Positions 39,364-50,234 of a stretch of DNA of 62,315 nt are shown here, one piece after another. The stretch covers positions 1 through 62,315 of the forward strand of contig JAFULX010000002.1 of NCBI GenBank assembly GCA_017483065.1, read 5' to 3'. The stretch comes from Clostridia bacterium. Its GTDB lineage: Bacteria; Bacillota; Clostridia; UBA1381. Each line of letters begins with the position of its first letter. Position 1 is the stretch's first letter. The notes beneath the pieces were generated by a model. That model was given only the letters and a program-made list of their open reading frames with translations, was not told where the DNA came from and did not search any database. Position numbers and translations under genes: made by a program.

Positions 39364-40176
39364 ATGATGTCCAAAACAAAAATTGAATTATATCACGACA
39401 ATTTTCAAAATTTCAAGCGGTATAATATTCCGAAAGCACAGTTAGTTATTGCGGATATTCCGTATAACATCGGTGTAGATGCTTACGCAAGCAATCCTAT
39501 GTGGTATGAGGGCGGCGACAATAAGAACGGCGAAAGCAAGCACGCCAAAAAATCCTTCTTTAGTTCTGACGGACTGTTTAAGATAGCGGAATATATGCAC
39601 TTTTGCAACAGACTTTTGATAAAAGAGCCGAAAGAAAAGGGAAAAGCACCTGCAATGATTGTTTTCTGTGCCTTTGAACAAATACCAACAGTTATTGAGT
39701 ATGGCAAAAAATACGGATTTGTGAACAATTATCCGCTTTTTTTCATCAAGAACTATTCTGCACAGGTCTTAAAAGCAAATATGAAGATAGTCGGAGCGAC
39801 TGAATATGCGGTTGTTTTGTATCGTGATAAGTTGCCGAAATTTAATAATGGAAGACAGTATGACAAAGATGGCAAGGTTATCCGTGGTAGCGGTAAAATG
39901 GTCTTTGATTGGTTTGAGTGGAAACGGGACGGCAAGGAATATCCCAAAATCCACCCTACACAGAAACCCGTCAATGTGTTAAAGCGGCTGATTGAGATTT
40001 TCACAGACGAGGGGGATGTAGTTATTGACCCTGTTGCAGGTAGCGGAGCTACTCTTCAGGCTTGTTCGGAATTAAACAGAAGTTGCTATGGATTTGAAGT
40101 TAGCAGGGAATTTTACAACAAAGCCATAGCAAATATGCCCTGCTTCTGCACGGAGCAAATTCGATTAGAGGTATAG
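39364..40176 (+). CDS. DNA methyltransferase (copy 2)
   Basis: Duplicate of 3403..4215. Confidence 0.8.
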   Translation: MMSKTKIELYHDNFQNFKRYNIPKAQLVIADIPYNIGVDAYASNPMWYEGGDNKNGESKHAKKSFFSSDGLFKIAEYMHFCNRLLIKEPKEKGKAPAMIVFCAFEQIPTVIEYGKKYGFVNNYPLFFIKNYSAQVLKANMKIVGATEYAVVLYRDKLPKFNNGRQYDKDGKVIRGSGKMVFDWFEWKRDGKEYPKIHPTQKPVNVLKRLIEIFTDEGDVVIDPVAGSGATLQACSELNRSCYGFEVSREFYNKAIANMPCFCTEQIRLEV

Positions 40177-40177
40177 T

Positions 40178-40747
40178 ATGAATTATAAGCAAATCTACGC
40201 ACGAAAACGGGATAATGAAAAGCGGATAAAGGCAATCAGACCGAATATAAACAATGATAGCGGCATCTATGTCTTTTGGCGAGTTGATGAGAACGGCATA
40301 AAATGGTGCTATTGCGGACAGGCGAAGCACCTACTTGAACGAGTGGCTTCGCATCTGTCAGAGTATGACCATATCGGATTATCGCTTAAAAAGAGGAAAT
40401 TCTATTCTGCTGAAAATCCTTGTGGATGGCATCTGACTTTCCAGAACTGCACCGAGGATATGCTTGACGAAAGCGAACAGGCAACCATTAAAGCCTATGC
40501 AACAAACGGCTATCAGCTTTATAATCTTACGGCAGGTGGTCAAGGAAAAGGCAAGCAGGGATTTGACGGCAAGAAGTCAGGGAAAACTTATCACGATGGA
40601 TTAAGTCAGGGTAAGAAGAAAAGTCGAGAGCTTATTGCAGACTTGTTCTCCAAGCATCTTGACGTCAGCACGAAGAAACAGCCACCGACAAAGTTACAGG
40701 AAAAAGCTCTGCAGAAGTTCTTGGAGTTTATCAGCCTTGATGACTGA
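40178..40747 (+). CDS. GIY-YIG nuclease-domain protein (copy 2)
   Basis: Duplicate of 4217..4786. Confidence 0.7.
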   Translation: MNYKQIYARKRDNEKRIKAIRPNINNDSGIYVFWRVDENGIKWCYCGQAKHLLERVASHLSEYDHIGLSLKKRKFYSAENPCGWHLTFQNCTEDMLDESEQATIKAYATNGYQLYNLTAGGQGKGKQGFDGKKSGKTYHDGLSQGKKKSRELIADLFSKHLDVSTKKQPPTKLQEKALQKFLEFISLDD

Positions 40748-40953
40748 AAGGGGGTGGATGCTATGTCAACAGGTATCGGAACAACCTTATTCTAATACCA
40801 AAAATCGCCTTGATTTTATCGGGGCGATAATTTTTTTAAAAAAATCTAAAAAATTTTTAGAAAAAGTGTTGACAAATCTATAAAAATATGTTATATTATA
40901 ATCACAGGAATAGAGCAAGAGAGCGGAAGCTTACAGACAGAAAGGAATAAATT

Positions 40954-41121
40954 ATGATACATAAGTACAAAGGTTACAACATAGTGAAAACAGGTGCAAA
41001 GCGTTACCCGTGGAACATCTATAAAGATACTAATATCGGTTTTGGTGAATGGGTTGGCTTCGGTGGAACGTTAAAAGAATGCAAAGAAGCAATAGACGAC
41101 GAATGTTTTGACAATGACTAA
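40954..41121 (+). CDS. Hypothetical protein, 55 aa (copy 2)
   Basis: Duplicate of 4993..5160. Confidence 0.5.
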   Translation: MIHKYKGYNIVKTGAKRYPWNIYKDTNIGFGEWVGFGGTLKECKEAIDDECFDND

Positions 41122-41171
41122 AACAACAAAACCGAGCAGGGCGGTATATCCCTGCAGAAAGCGAGGGTATT

Positions 41172-41399
41172 ATGATTATTACAGCAAACGAAATTAAGGT
41201 AGGTACTAAACTTGCAGAGGCTGACGGTTATTTATTTGACGTTGTTGAGATAGTAAAAGAAACGGCTAAAACAATTACTGTTCGACTTTGTTCTGATTTT
41301 TCACCTTGCCAAAACCTTTGGACTGTTAAGAAAAATGGTGAAAAAGGTGGAATAATTAAAACATTCCGCAAATCTACCAGACTTTATGGTATCGCTTAA
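41172..41399 (+). CDS. Hypothetical protein (copy 2)
   Basis: Duplicate of 5211..5438. Confidence 0.6.
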   Translation: MIITANEIKVGTKLAEADGYLFDVVEIVKETAKTITVRLCSDFSPCQNLWTVKKNGEKGGIIKTFRKSTRLYGIA

Positions 41400-41635
41400 T
41401 GGCAAAGCGATTTGAAAAAGCAAGGGAGTACACGGAAAAATATAAAGATGTGTTGCTTCCTTGCAAGTATTGTAAAAGCACAGATATAGTGATTACGTCA
41501 CAAAAAATGTTCGGGGATAACAAAAACTATTGGTCGGTGTGTTGCTCGAATATCGGATGCGATTGCACAGGCAACTTTACAAGTGTAAAAAAGGCGATAG
41601 AAAGTTGGAATGAACGGCAAGCAGAAAAGAGGTGA
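41399..41635 (+). CDS. Lar-like zinc-ribbon protein (copy 2)
   Basis: Duplicate of 5438..5674. Confidence 0.55.
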   Translation: MAKRFEKAREYTEKYKDVLLPCKYCKSTDIVITSQKMFGDNKNYWSVCCSNIGCDCTGNFTSVKKAIESWNERQAEKR

Positions 41636-41639
41636 CAAA

Positions 41640-41975
41640 ATGCATAACTACGAAACAAGACCGAAAAAGACAGAACATCTCCACACACGTATAACAAGTG
41701 AAACGAGGTCAGCTCTCGATATGTTGGCGGAAAAGCACAAGATTTCCGCATCAGCAGTCATTGATATGTTGATAGCGGAAGAAGTCAAGAAAATTGAGAA
41801 AGGAGAAGAAACAACGGATGTTAAAGAAACGTTGGTAGAGTTGATACTCAATGTTGATAACGATGAAAATCTCGGCTGGTATGATTTGTATGACTTAACG
41901 CACGAAAAAACGGGGTGTGCAAAATATTTTGCAGATTACCTCATTGCCCACGGCGTAACAGTGAAGGAGGAGTAG
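41640..41975 (+). CDS. RHH-like protein with YLIAHGVTV module (copy 2)
   Basis: Duplicate of 5679..6014. Confidence 0.55.
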   Translation: MHNYETRPKKTEHLHTRITSETRSALDMLAEKHKISASAVIDMLIAEEVKKIEKGEETTDVKETLVELILNVDNDENLGWYDLYDLTHEKTGCAKYFADYLIAHGVTVKEE

Positions 41976-41978
41976 GCA

Positions 41979-42179
41979 TTGAAAGGATATATCGATAGTT
42001 TTGGACGTGATTGTTCGCCTTGTAAAACTTGTAAACATTATCAAAAAATGACTGTTGAAAGTCCTTGTTATTCTTGCATTGATAATGTTGATTTAGCGTT
42101 GCACAAGCCAAATTGTGAAACGGAATTTGCCAATTACGAGGCAAACTTTGCCGAAAGGAGAATAAACAATGGATATTAA
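41979..42179 (+). CDS. Cys-rich hypothetical protein (copy 2)
   Basis: Duplicate of 6018..6218. Confidence 0.5.
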   Translation: MKGYIDSFGRDCSPCKTCKHYQKMTVESPCYSCIDNVDLALHKPNCETEFANYEANFAERRINNGY

Positions 42180-42486
42180 GGAAAATTTGGTGGAGTTGCT
42201 GGATGTTATTATTCAGCCGGGACAAAAGACACTTGGTGATATTGCCGAATATCTTATCGCCCACGGCGTAACGGTGCAGGATTGGATTTCGGTCAAGGAT
42301 AGGTTGCCAGAGGAAAAAGTGAATTGTATCGTACATTACAAACACGCTTATTGCAAAAATGACGATTATTGGGCGATAGGTATAGCATCTTATGTTGATG
42401 AAATACAAGAATTTGTTGGAATAGACACTCGATATTATGTAATCACACATTGGATGCCGTTACCTCAACCGCCGAAAGGAGAATAA
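42169..42486 (+). CDS. DUF551-like protein (copy 2)
   Basis: Duplicate of 6208..6525. Confidence 0.6.
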   Translation: MDIKENLVELLDVIIQPGQKTLGDIAEYLIAHGVTVQDWISVKDRLPEEKVNCIVHYKHAYCKNDDYWAIGIASYVDEIQEFVGIDTRYYVITHWMPLPQPPKGE

Positions 42487-42489
42487 GTG

Positions 42490-42660
42490 ATGAATAAATT
42501 CAGCGTAAGCACCACAAAAGGCTTCTTGAAATTAGAAAATGTTTTTCATGTGTTTTTGAACAGCGATTATCGTTGTCTAACGGTTATGTATAAGTCAAAC
42601 AATGAAGATGAAAAAATTCACATTCCTATAAGTGAAATAATCGAATTTAATATTGAATAA
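42490..42660 (+). CDS. Hypothetical protein, 56 aa (copy 2)
   Basis: Duplicate of 6529..6699. Confidence 0.45.
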   Translation: MNKFSVSTTKGFLKLENVFHVFLNSDYRCLTVMYKSNNEDEKIHIPISEIIEFNIE

Positions 42661-42830
42661 TTTCCAAAAATCTGTTGACATTCGGCAGGGGATGTGTTAT
42701 AATTAAGTAAAGGTTGATAGTATGTCGGTGCTGTCAATCAGTAATCAAATATTATCAGCCTATAGCCTCTGCAATGACGATGCCGACACATCCGAGTTGC
42801 AGGGGATTTTATTTTAAGATGAGGTAAGCA

Positions 42831-43571
42831 ATGGCAGAAAAAAGCACGTTCATAAAGTTGGATAGAAACATCCAAAACTGGCGATGGTATCAATGCCCGA
42901 ACACATTCAGAGTATTTGTCCACATCTTGTTAAATGCAAATGTTGAAACGCATGATTTTATGAATACGACAATTCACCGTGGCGAGATGGCTACATCGTA
43001 TGCGAAGTTAGGCGATGCTCTTAACTTAACAGGTCAGCAGGTCAGGACAGCTATTTCTCACTTGAAGTCAACAGAAGAAATAACAGTCAAACAACACTCA
43101 AAATTCCTGATTATATCGGTACTTAACTATGCGAAGTACCAAGACAGATTAACAGTCAATCAACAGGCAGATAACAGGCAAATAACACCCAATCAACATT
43201 CACTTAACAGTCAGTTAACAGTCAATCAACAGTCAGTTAACAGTCAGTTAACAACAATTAAAGAATGTAAAGAAGTAAAAGAAGTAAAAGAATGTAAAGA
43301 AGGTAAAGAAAGTAAAGAAGTAAGGCAGGCAACAGCGACAACAACAACAGAAGCAGACCTTGTTGATTTATACGGCTATTCCGTTGTCGAGGATTACAAA
43401 AAGCGTTTTACCGACTTTTGCAACAGAACAGGTGCAAATCACCTTGACTGCATTACAACAATAACGAAGTGGATAAGAGAAGACGGAGTAAAGCCGAAGC
43501 CTAAGGATTTGATGAGCAGTTTTAATTTGTCCGCTGTTGACGAGATGATTTTAGCACAATACGGGATTTAA
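42831..43571 (+). CDS. Putative replication initiator/organizer with embedded iterons (copy 2)
   Basis: Duplicate of 6870..7610. Confidence 0.5.
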   Translation: MAEKSTFIKLDRNIQNWRWYQCPNTFRVFVHILLNANVETHDFMNTTIHRGEMATSYAKLGDALNLTGQQVRTAISHLKSTEEITVKQHSKFLIISVLNYAKYQDRLTVNQQADNRQITPNQHSLNSQLTVNQQSVNSQLTTIKECKEVKEVKECKEGKESKEVRQATATTTTEADLVDLYGYSVVEDYKKRFTDFCNRTGANHLDCITTITKWIREDGVKPKPKDLMSSFNLSAVDEMILAQYGI

Positions 43572-43581
43572 GGAGAAAGTT

Positions 43582-43899
43582 ATGGAAAAGAAAGAATTAT
43601 TAAGGAAATTGTCGTGCGAATATCGATTCTTGAAAATGCAAGCGGCAGGGCATCTAAACGAAGAAAGAAAAAAAGAATTGTTGATGTGTTCGGATGTTTA
43701 TTTGCTTTGTTTGTGCATTGCGGAAGAAAGCAAATTACCCGAGCCGATTGGAAGGGAAGAGGCTTTGGAATGGGTGGAAGAAGAAATCGCATCTTATGAA
43801 AGAGCGATAAGAGTTTGGGGCGAAAAAGAAGTATGGAACGAAAACAAAACGCTTCTTGAAGAATGCAAAAAGATATTGAAAGGAGAGGAATTGAAATGA
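43582..43899 (+). CDS. Hypothetical protein (copy 2)
   Basis: Duplicate of 7621..7938. Confidence 0.6.
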   Translation: MEKKELLRKLSCEYRFLKMQAAGHLNEERKKELLMCSDVYLLCLCIAEESKLPEPIGREEALEWVEEEIASYERAIRVWGEKEVWNENKTLLEECKKILKGEELK

Positions 43900-44324
43900 C
43901 AGAACTTTCATTTAATCAACAGAAAAAGTTAATAGACATTGCAACTTCTACCGCTAATAAACTTGCTGATTGGTCTTTCCTTGAAGAAGTCAAGATTGAC
44001 AATGAGTTTATGAAGCATTTTGAGTTTATGGTGAGAGAAATACTAATCGGCGTTTTCCATTACAAATATGGTAGAGAAGTGGAAATAATGTCAAGAAGCG
44101 AAGAGATAAAGATAGCCGAAGCCCCTACTGTTGATGTGAATACGGCGATGCTACATGCGTCGAATAAGGTGGGAATTAAAATTACATTGGATACAGTGGT
44201 AATGTTTGCGGCGTTATTAAAACGTAAGATAAAACCCGAAGACTGCGGCAAAGACGTAATGAGGAAGATTGATTCGCTTGTTGAAACGTTCAGAGAAGTA
44301 GCAGAACAGGAGGAAGAGAAATGA
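43896..44324 (+). CDS. Hypothetical protein (copy 2)
   Basis: Duplicate of 7935..8363. Confidence 0.6.
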   Translation: MTELSFNQQKKLIDIATSTANKLADWSFLEEVKIDNEFMKHFEFMVREILIGVFHYKYGREVEIMSRSEEIKIAEAPTVDVNTAMLHASNKVGIKITLDTVVMFAALLKRKIKPEDCGKDVMRKIDSLVETFREVAEQEEEK

Positions 44325-44800
44325 GTAAATCGGTGTTAATCAGCATACAGCCTAAATGGTGTGAGCTTATCGCAAGCGGCGAAAAGACGGTTGAGGTAAG
44401 GAAAACCAAGCCAAAACTTGAAACGCCGTTTAAGTGCTATATCTACGAAACCAAAAAGAAAATAAATCCTTGGTGTAATGGGAAGGGCAAAGTAATAGGC
44501 GAGTTTGTGTGTTCAAATATAGCAAAAGGCACATCACAGTTCGGTTCTTGCTTGACAATGCAAGAAATATCCGAATACGCAAACAATAAAGAGGTTTATG
44601 GTTGGTGTATATCCGACCTTAAAATCTATGACAAGCCGAGAGAGTTAAGTGAGTTTTATAAGCCTTGTGTGTATGGTGAGGATAGTGACGTGTCTTGTTT
44701 TCTTTGTGTTAAATCGGGATACAGACCCGATATGCACATTGATTGTTTTAATAAGGTTGCAAGACCGCCAGTATCGTGGTGCTATGTAGATGAGGTGTAA
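44321..44800 (+). CDS. ASCH-domain protein (copy 2)
   Basis: Duplicate of 8360..8839. Confidence 0.6.
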   Translation: MSKSVLISIQPKWCELIASGEKTVEVRKTKPKLETPFKCYIYETKKKINPWCNGKGKVIGEFVCSNIAKGTSQFGSCLTMQEISEYANNKEVYGWCISDLKIYDKPRELSEFYKPCVYGEDSDVSCFLCVKSGYRPDMHIDCFNKVARPPVSWCYVDEV

Positions 44801-44802
44801 GA

Positions 44803-44997
44803 ATGATTAAGTGTTATTGTGATTATTGTAAGAAAGAGATAGAAAGCTCCGACAAGCACGTGAATCTTAATTTTAATGCTTTTGGTTGCACAGGCTTTAC
44901 GACCGATAAAGAATATCAGTTTCACATTGAGTGTGCTACAAGAATACAAAACAAAATTGAAGATATTTTGAATCGGAAAGGAGATGTGGAAGAATGA
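44803..44997 (+). CDS. Small zinc-ribbon protein (copy 2)
   Basis: Duplicate of 8842..9036. Confidence 0.55.
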   Translation: MIKCYCDYCKKEIESSDKHVNLNFNAFGCTGFTTDKEYQFHIECATRIQNKIEDILNRKGDVEE

Positions 44998-45179
44998 CAG
45001 AAACAAAAGTATATTGCGACCGCTGCGGAAAAGAGTTGAGCCACAAGTTTGACTATACTGGAAGAATAATAAAAGTGTCTCACGTGGAATTTGTTACTGA
45101 TTTATGTGCAGATTGTTTTAACTTGTTTTGTGAAAACACAAACGAGTTTTTACGAAGGAAAGGCGGTAATGAAGAATGA
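44994..45179 (+). CDS. Small zinc-ribbon protein (copy 2)
   Basis: Duplicate of 9033..9218. Confidence 0.55.
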   Translation: MTETKVYCDRCGKELSHKFDYTGRIIKVSHVEFVTDLCADCFNLFCENTNEFLRRKGGNEE

Positions 45180-45349
45180 CAAATCGTGAAAGGCTCATAT
45201 CGTTATTGGAGTCGGATTTATATGATGAAGATATAGCGGATGTTATATCCGATGAGCTTATGAGCATAACAGACGAGGATGATATAAGCATAGCCGTTAT
45301 ATGTGGGAATGATAAAAAGTTGTTAGCGGAATGGCTTGGAAAGGAGTAG
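45176..45349 (+). CDS. Acidic hypothetical protein (copy 2)
   Basis: Duplicate of 9215..9388. Confidence 0.45.
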   Translation: MTNRERLISLLESDLYDEDIADVISDELMSITDEDDISIAVICGNDKKLLAEWLGKE

Positions 45350-45354
45350 GGAGA

Positions 45355-45708
45355 ATGAAATATAAGGAATTTGTTGATTGGTGCAATGAAAGAGCTTGTG
45401 ATGGTCGATGGGATATAGAAACAGCTATATTCTGCGGTAGAGTTATAGATTTTATGAGTTCTGTACCATTCTGGAAAAGAAAAATAATTTGGGAAAAATT
45501 AAAAAACAAAGTTGCAATCGTTGTTTCCGTCACAAACGCTCAAATCAAAGAAATAACAGAACGGCAGATACCAAGAAAACCTGATTATGAAGACAATGAC
45601 GCCAAATGCCCTGTTTGCGGTCACGAATTTGAAAACAACGTAAACGACTGGGGATGTAGCTTCTGTCAGGATTGTGGACAACAGCTCGACTGGAGCGATA
45701 GTGAATGA
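45355..45708 (+). CDS. Hypothetical protein with zinc ribbon (copy 2)
   Basis: Duplicate of 9394..9747. Confidence 0.6.
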   Translation: MKYKEFVDWCNERACDGRWDIETAIFCGRVIDFMSSVPFWKRKIIWEKLKNKVAIVVSVTNAQIKEITERQIPRKPDYEDNDAKCPVCGHEFENNVNDWGCSFCQDCGQQLDWSDSE

Positions 45709-46031
45709 GCGTATATAATCCTGTTCTGTGGGATTATTGCTCGTGTTGTGGCAGAAGAATCGAAGTCGGTGATATTTGTTATGAAGTAGCCGAACAATCT
45801 TTCTGTACTCAATGTGTTGTGAAAATCGAAACAGGAAATCCCATTGTGCAAGAGCAGAAGAAGGAAAGCAAGCGTAAAAGGAAAAGGCGAAAGCCTGCAA
45901 TATCTGTTGAAATCTGCCCGAAGAAAGACAGATGCAAGCATAAGAACGCTTGCCAGTATAATTATAATCCCGTATCGCCCTATTTTTTATGCTATGAAAG
46001 AGAGAAAAATGATAACAAGAAGAAATCCTGA
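45705..46031 (+). CDS. Zinc-ribbon protein with basic centre (copy 2)
   Basis: Duplicate of 9744..10070. Confidence 0.55.
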   Translation: MSVYNPVLWDYCSCCGRRIEVGDICYEVAEQSFCTQCVVKIETGNPIVQEQKKESKRKRKRRKPAISVEICPKKDRCKHKNACQYNYNPVSPYFLCYEREKNDNKKKS

Positions 46032-46203
46032 TTATGATAAGTACCGAGAAATCACAGAAGCTGTGCAAAAAAACGATGGTTATTGTCCTTGTGCGATTGA
46101 GAAAAGCGAAGACACCAAATGTCCCTGTAGAGCTTTCATGGAGCAAGAAACGGCAGGGGAATGCCATTGTGGGCGATTTATAAAAGATTATGAATATGTT
46201 TGA
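46009..46203 (+). CDS. FTR catalytic-domain-like protein (copy 2)
   Basis: Duplicate of 10048..10242. Confidence 0.55.
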   Translation: MITRRNPDYDKYREITEAVQKNDGYCPCAIEKSEDTKCPCRAFMEQETAGECHCGRFIKDYEYV

Positions 46204-46284
46204 GAAGCTGTGGTTGTTGTTTGTTTTGCTCTGCGTTTGTGTGGGTGCGGAAGACGATGATTATTGAAAGCGAGGTGAGTAAGG

Positions 46285-46422
46285 ATGTATGACGAAAAAA
46301 GATTTATCCCCGTAAGCGACAGAAAGTATTACTATGAGCTTGACGGAATCAGACTCGTAATCGAGGATGATAAAATCGTAGGTTGGTATCGCCCCGACAT
46401 AGAGCCTATTGACACGGAATAA
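46285..46422 (+). CDS. Hypothetical protein, 45 aa (copy 2)
   Basis: Duplicate of 10324..10461. Confidence 0.4.
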   Translation: MYDEKRFIPVSDRKYYYELDGIRLVIEDDKIVGWYRPDIEPIDTE

Positions 46423-46491
46423 AAAAAGGGGTATAATTAAAAAGGGCGGTGCGAATTTCGGCAACAGTCGAGGCTTGCATCCCCGAAACAA

Positions 46492-46566
46492 TGTGATGTA
46501 GCCAAGCGGTAAGGCAACGGACTTTGACTCCGTCATTCGTGAGTTCAAGTCTCACCATCACAGCCA
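46492..46566 (+). tRNA. tRNA-Gln (UUG) (copy 2)
   Basis: Duplicate of 10531..10605. Confidence 0.9.
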
Positions 46567-46659
46567 ATGGTTTGTTCATAGTTTTACTCCTTTCACAAAA
46601 AACAAGCGGTGATGTTTCTGCAAGCAGTTTTTGTAGCCGTGATATTTTAGGAGGTAATT

Positions 46660-47265
46660 ATGGAGCTTAAAATTGAGTATTTGCCGATTAAGGCATTGAA
46701 GCCGTATGAAAAGAACACACGAAAGCATACCGACTATGATGTGGGAGAAATTGCAAAGTCTATCACGGAATGTGGATTCAACGACCCTATTGGTGTATAT
46801 GGTGAAAGCTTAATAATCGTGGAGGGACACGGAAGGCTTTTAGCGGCTAAAAAGTTAGGAATGAAAGAAGTACCGTGCATCCGTCTCGACCATATGACAG
46901 ACGAGCAACGCAGAAAATACGCAATTCTTCATAACAAAACCGCTGAACTGTCAACTTTTGATTTTGATAATTTGGCTTTTGAATTGGCTGAATTGGATTT
47001 GAGCGATTTTGACTTTGACTTCGGAATCGAGAACGAGGGCGAGGTTTATTCACCCGATGAATTTGGCGATGATTTTACATTGCCCGATGGCGATAAACCC
47101 GAAATCTGCCAAATGACATTTACGCTCCACCAACGGCAAAAGGAATTGATTGAATACGCAATCAGCGTTGTAAAGGACGATGCAAAGGAAACATTTGGCA
47201 ACACAAACGGAAACGGAAACGCATTGTATGAGGTTGTTAAGCAATGGGCAGAGCTAAAGAAATAA
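46660..47265 (+). CDS. ParB-like nuclease domain protein (copy 2)
   Basis: Duplicate of 10699..11304. Confidence 0.75.
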   Translation: MELKIEYLPIKALKPYEKNTRKHTDYDVGEIAKSITECGFNDPIGVYGESLIIVEGHGRLLAAKKLGMKEVPCIRLDHMTDEQRRKYAILHNKTAELSTFDFDNLAFELAELDLSDFDFDFGIENEGEVYSPDEFGDDFTLPDGDKPEICQMTFTLHQRQKELIEYAISVVKDDAKETFGNTNGNGNALYEVVKQWAELKK

Positions 47266-47990
47266 TTGTTAAGGTCATACCGAGTAAAATTGCTATTCCG
47301 TTTATTAAGAAACACCATTACAGCGGAAAGGTAGTCAATAATAGTTGCCTCCATTTTGGAGCGTTTCTTGATGGCAAATTACACGGTGTAATGTCATACG
47401 GACCGAGCCTTGATAAATCAAAAATGCTTGGGTTGGTGGAAGGCACTGGTTGGAATGAGTTTCTCGAACTCAACCGAATGGCATTTGATGAATATTTGCC
47501 GAGAAATGCGGAAAGTTTTTGCATTGCGAAAAGCATTAAACTGATAAAGAAGAACGCTCCGCAGATTAAATGGATTGTATCGTTTGCTGACGGCTGTTCC
47601 TGCGGTGATGGCACAATATACCGAGCAAGCAATTTTGTTTTAACGGACATTAAACCAAACTATAACCTCGTGTTGCTTCCGAATGGCGAAAAGATACACA
47701 AGATGACGCTCGAAAGTAATCCTACCACTCCACGAAAAGAACTGGGGGGGCGTTGCTATTATGATATTACGGGCGGCAAATTTGATTTTAAGAAATATGT
47801 TGAATATGTAAACGGCGAGATACTGAAAGGCTTTCAGTTGCGTTATGTTTATTTCATTGATAAGCGTTGCAAAGAAAAACTGACCGTTCCAATTATTCCG
47901 TTTTCAAAAATTGATGAAATGGGGGCTGGAATGTACAAGGGCGAAAAGGTAACGCAACAGGAAAGGCACATAATGAAAGAGGGTGAATAA
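47244..47990 (+). CDS. GNAT-fold Mom-like protein (copy 2)
   Basis: Duplicate of 11283..12029. Confidence 0.4.
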   Translation: MGRAKEIIVKVIPSKIAIPFIKKHHYSGKVVNNSCLHFGAFLDGKLHGVMSYGPSLDKSKMLGLVEGTGWNEFLELNRMAFDEYLPRNAESFCIAKSIKLIKKNAPQIKWIVSFADGCSCGDGTIYRASNFVLTDIKPNYNLVLLPNGEKIHKMTLESNPTTPRKELGGRCYYDITGGKFDFKKYVEYVNGEILKGFQLRYVYFIDKRCKEKLTVPIIPFSKIDEMGAGMYKGEKVTQQERHIMKEGE

Positions 47991-48353
47991 ATGCCCAACA
48001 AAAGACCACCCAATGCCGAGCAGACACAATTCCGAAGCGGTGCTGAAGCGGTGGAAAATGGGCAAAAAGGTGGAGTTGCATCAGGCGAAGCAAGGCGTAA
48101 CAAAAAATTACTCCGTGAGTGTCTGGAAATCCTGCTTGAAAAGGAAATGACCGACAAAAGCGGTAAGACAATGTCAGGTGCTGAAGCTCTTGCAACAAAG
48201 CTGTTTGCAGAGGCGATGAAAGGCAATGTAAAAGCGTTTGAGGTATTGCGAGATACGGCAGGGCAAAAGCCTGTTGAAAAAATCGTTGTTTCGGAAATAG
48301 ACAGCGATGTTATTGAAGAGGTAGAAAGAATGGTAAATGATGAAACCGATTGA
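47991..48353 (+). CDS. Putative terminase small subunit (copy 2)
   Basis: Duplicate of 12030..12392. Confidence 0.45.
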   Translation: MPNKRPPNAEQTQFRSGAEAVENGQKGGVASGEARRNKKLLRECLEILLEKEMTDKSGKTMSGAEALATKLFAEAMKGNVKAFEVLRDTAGQKPVEKIVVSEIDSDVIEEVERMVNDETD

Positions 48354-48945
48354 ATTATGGCAAGGTGATTGTCTTGAATTGATGAAGAACATTCCCGATG
48401 GGTCGGTGGATTTGGTGCTGACTGACCCTCCGTATGGCACTATGAAAGGTGCGGCGCTTGATGGGTGGAAAAATCAAACTACCGAGTTGGATAGGTCTGG
48501 ACTGAAAGTAAAACAAATAAACGAGTTGCTTGGAACAAGCACTATGGCAAGCCACTATTTCCGTGCTGGGTGTCAGTTTGTTCTACCGACAAAAGAGAAA
48601 TACGAAAAACTGCAAACGACTGGTTTTTGGCAAAGACCTTACAAAGAACTGAAAGAAAAAACAATTCCTGTTTTCAATCTTTGGCAAGGTGGCAAATCAA
48701 AGTCAAATGTGCTTGAATACAAGAAAGACAATGACGGCTATCATCCAACACAGAAACCCGTTGCACTTTTGGAAGATTTGATACAGACCTATTCCAACGA
48801 GGGAAATACTGTCCTTGACTTCACAATGGGTAGCGGTAGCACGGGCGTGGCTTGCGTGAATACAAACCGCCACTTTATCGGCATTGAGCTTGATGAGGGT
48901 TATTTCAACATAGCCAAAAAGAGAATTGAGGAAGCTTGTCTGTGA
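48337..48945 (+). CDS. DNA methyltransferase, DPPY (copy 2)
   Basis: Duplicate of 12376..12984. Confidence 0.8.
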   Translation: MMKPIELWQGDCLELMKNIPDGSVDLVLTDPPYGTMKGAALDGWKNQTTELDRSGLKVKQINELLGTSTMASHYFRAGCQFVLPTKEKYEKLQTTGFWQRPYKELKEKTIPVFNLWQGGKSKSNVLEYKKDNDGYHPTQKPVALLEDLIQTYSNEGNTVLDFTMGSGSTGVACVNTNRHFIGIELDEGYFNIAKKRIEEACL

Positions 48946-48960
48946 GGGGGTGGTTAAATA

Positions 48961-50234
48961 ATGATGAGAAGAGATGCTGTCAACTTTTTAGTAAGCAAAC
49001 CTTATAAGCTCGGTCATTTGTTAGGCTTTACTAAATTAACCGAGCTTCACAACGAGTGGATTATAGATATGCTTAAAGGAAAAGAAGATAAAACATTACA
49101 GGCTCATCGTGGTTAGGCTCGTTTAAAACTACGTGTGTGTCGATTGCTCTTGCTTTAATCGTTGTTTTGTTACCAAATCTGAAAACATTATTCATCCGTA
49201 AGACCGATGATGATATAAAAGAAGTCATTGCACAAGTGAAAAAAATTCTTGAAAGTCAGCAGATGCGGTATTTTGTCAAATGTATCTACGGAGCGGATTT
49301 AAAGTTGACAAAGGCAAACACAAACGAAATCAGCACCAATCTATCAACCGATATAAAAGGCACTTCACAGCTTGTCGGACTTGGTATAGGCTCATCTTTA
49401 ACGGGTAAGCACTTTGACCGAATATTCACGGACGATATCGTAAACCTGCAAGACCGAATGTCAAAAGCGGAGAGAGATAGAACGAAGAGCATCTATCAAG
49501 AATTGCATAACGTAAAGAACAGAGGCGGTAGGATATTCAATACAGGCACACCGTGGCACAAAGACGATTGTTTCACGTTGATGCCGAATCCCGAAGTATA
49601 CGACTGCTACCACACAGGATTGATTAATCATGATGAGCTTGAAAGCATAAAGGGACAAATGACCGCTTCTCTCTTTGCCGCTAACTATGAGCTACGGCAC
49701 ATAGCCGCTGAAGATGTGATTTTTACATCTCCACAGAAAAATGCAGAGCCGCATCTTGTCGAGCAAGGTATATGTCACACGGATGCCGCCTATGGTGGCG
49801 AAGACTATACAGCGTTTACCATAGCACGTAAGTATAACGGCAAAATTTACGTTTTCGGCAAATTATGGCATAAACACATAGACGATGTACAAGGCGAAAT
49901 CAAGCGGTATATAGAGCAATTTAACGCAGGTGTGATGTATTGCGAAAACAATGGTGATAAGGGATATTTGGGTAAGGAGTTCAGGCGAAACGGCATCAGA
50001 GTAAGCATATACCACGAAAATATGAATAAGTTTATCAAGATAACAAGCTATCTGAAAGCCTGTTGGAAGGATGTTGTTTTTGTTGCAGGAACAGACGAGG
50101 AGTATATAAATCAAATCTGTGACTATAACGAGAATGCGGAACACGATGACGCTCCTGACAGCCTTGCAAGTGTTATCAGAAAGCTATGGAATAAGAGCGA
50201 AGATACAAGTAATTACAAGCCGATTTTCGCATAA
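48961..50234 (+). CDS. Terminase large subunit, frame interrupted at 49114 (copy 2)
   Basis: Duplicate of 13000..14273. Confidence 0.8.
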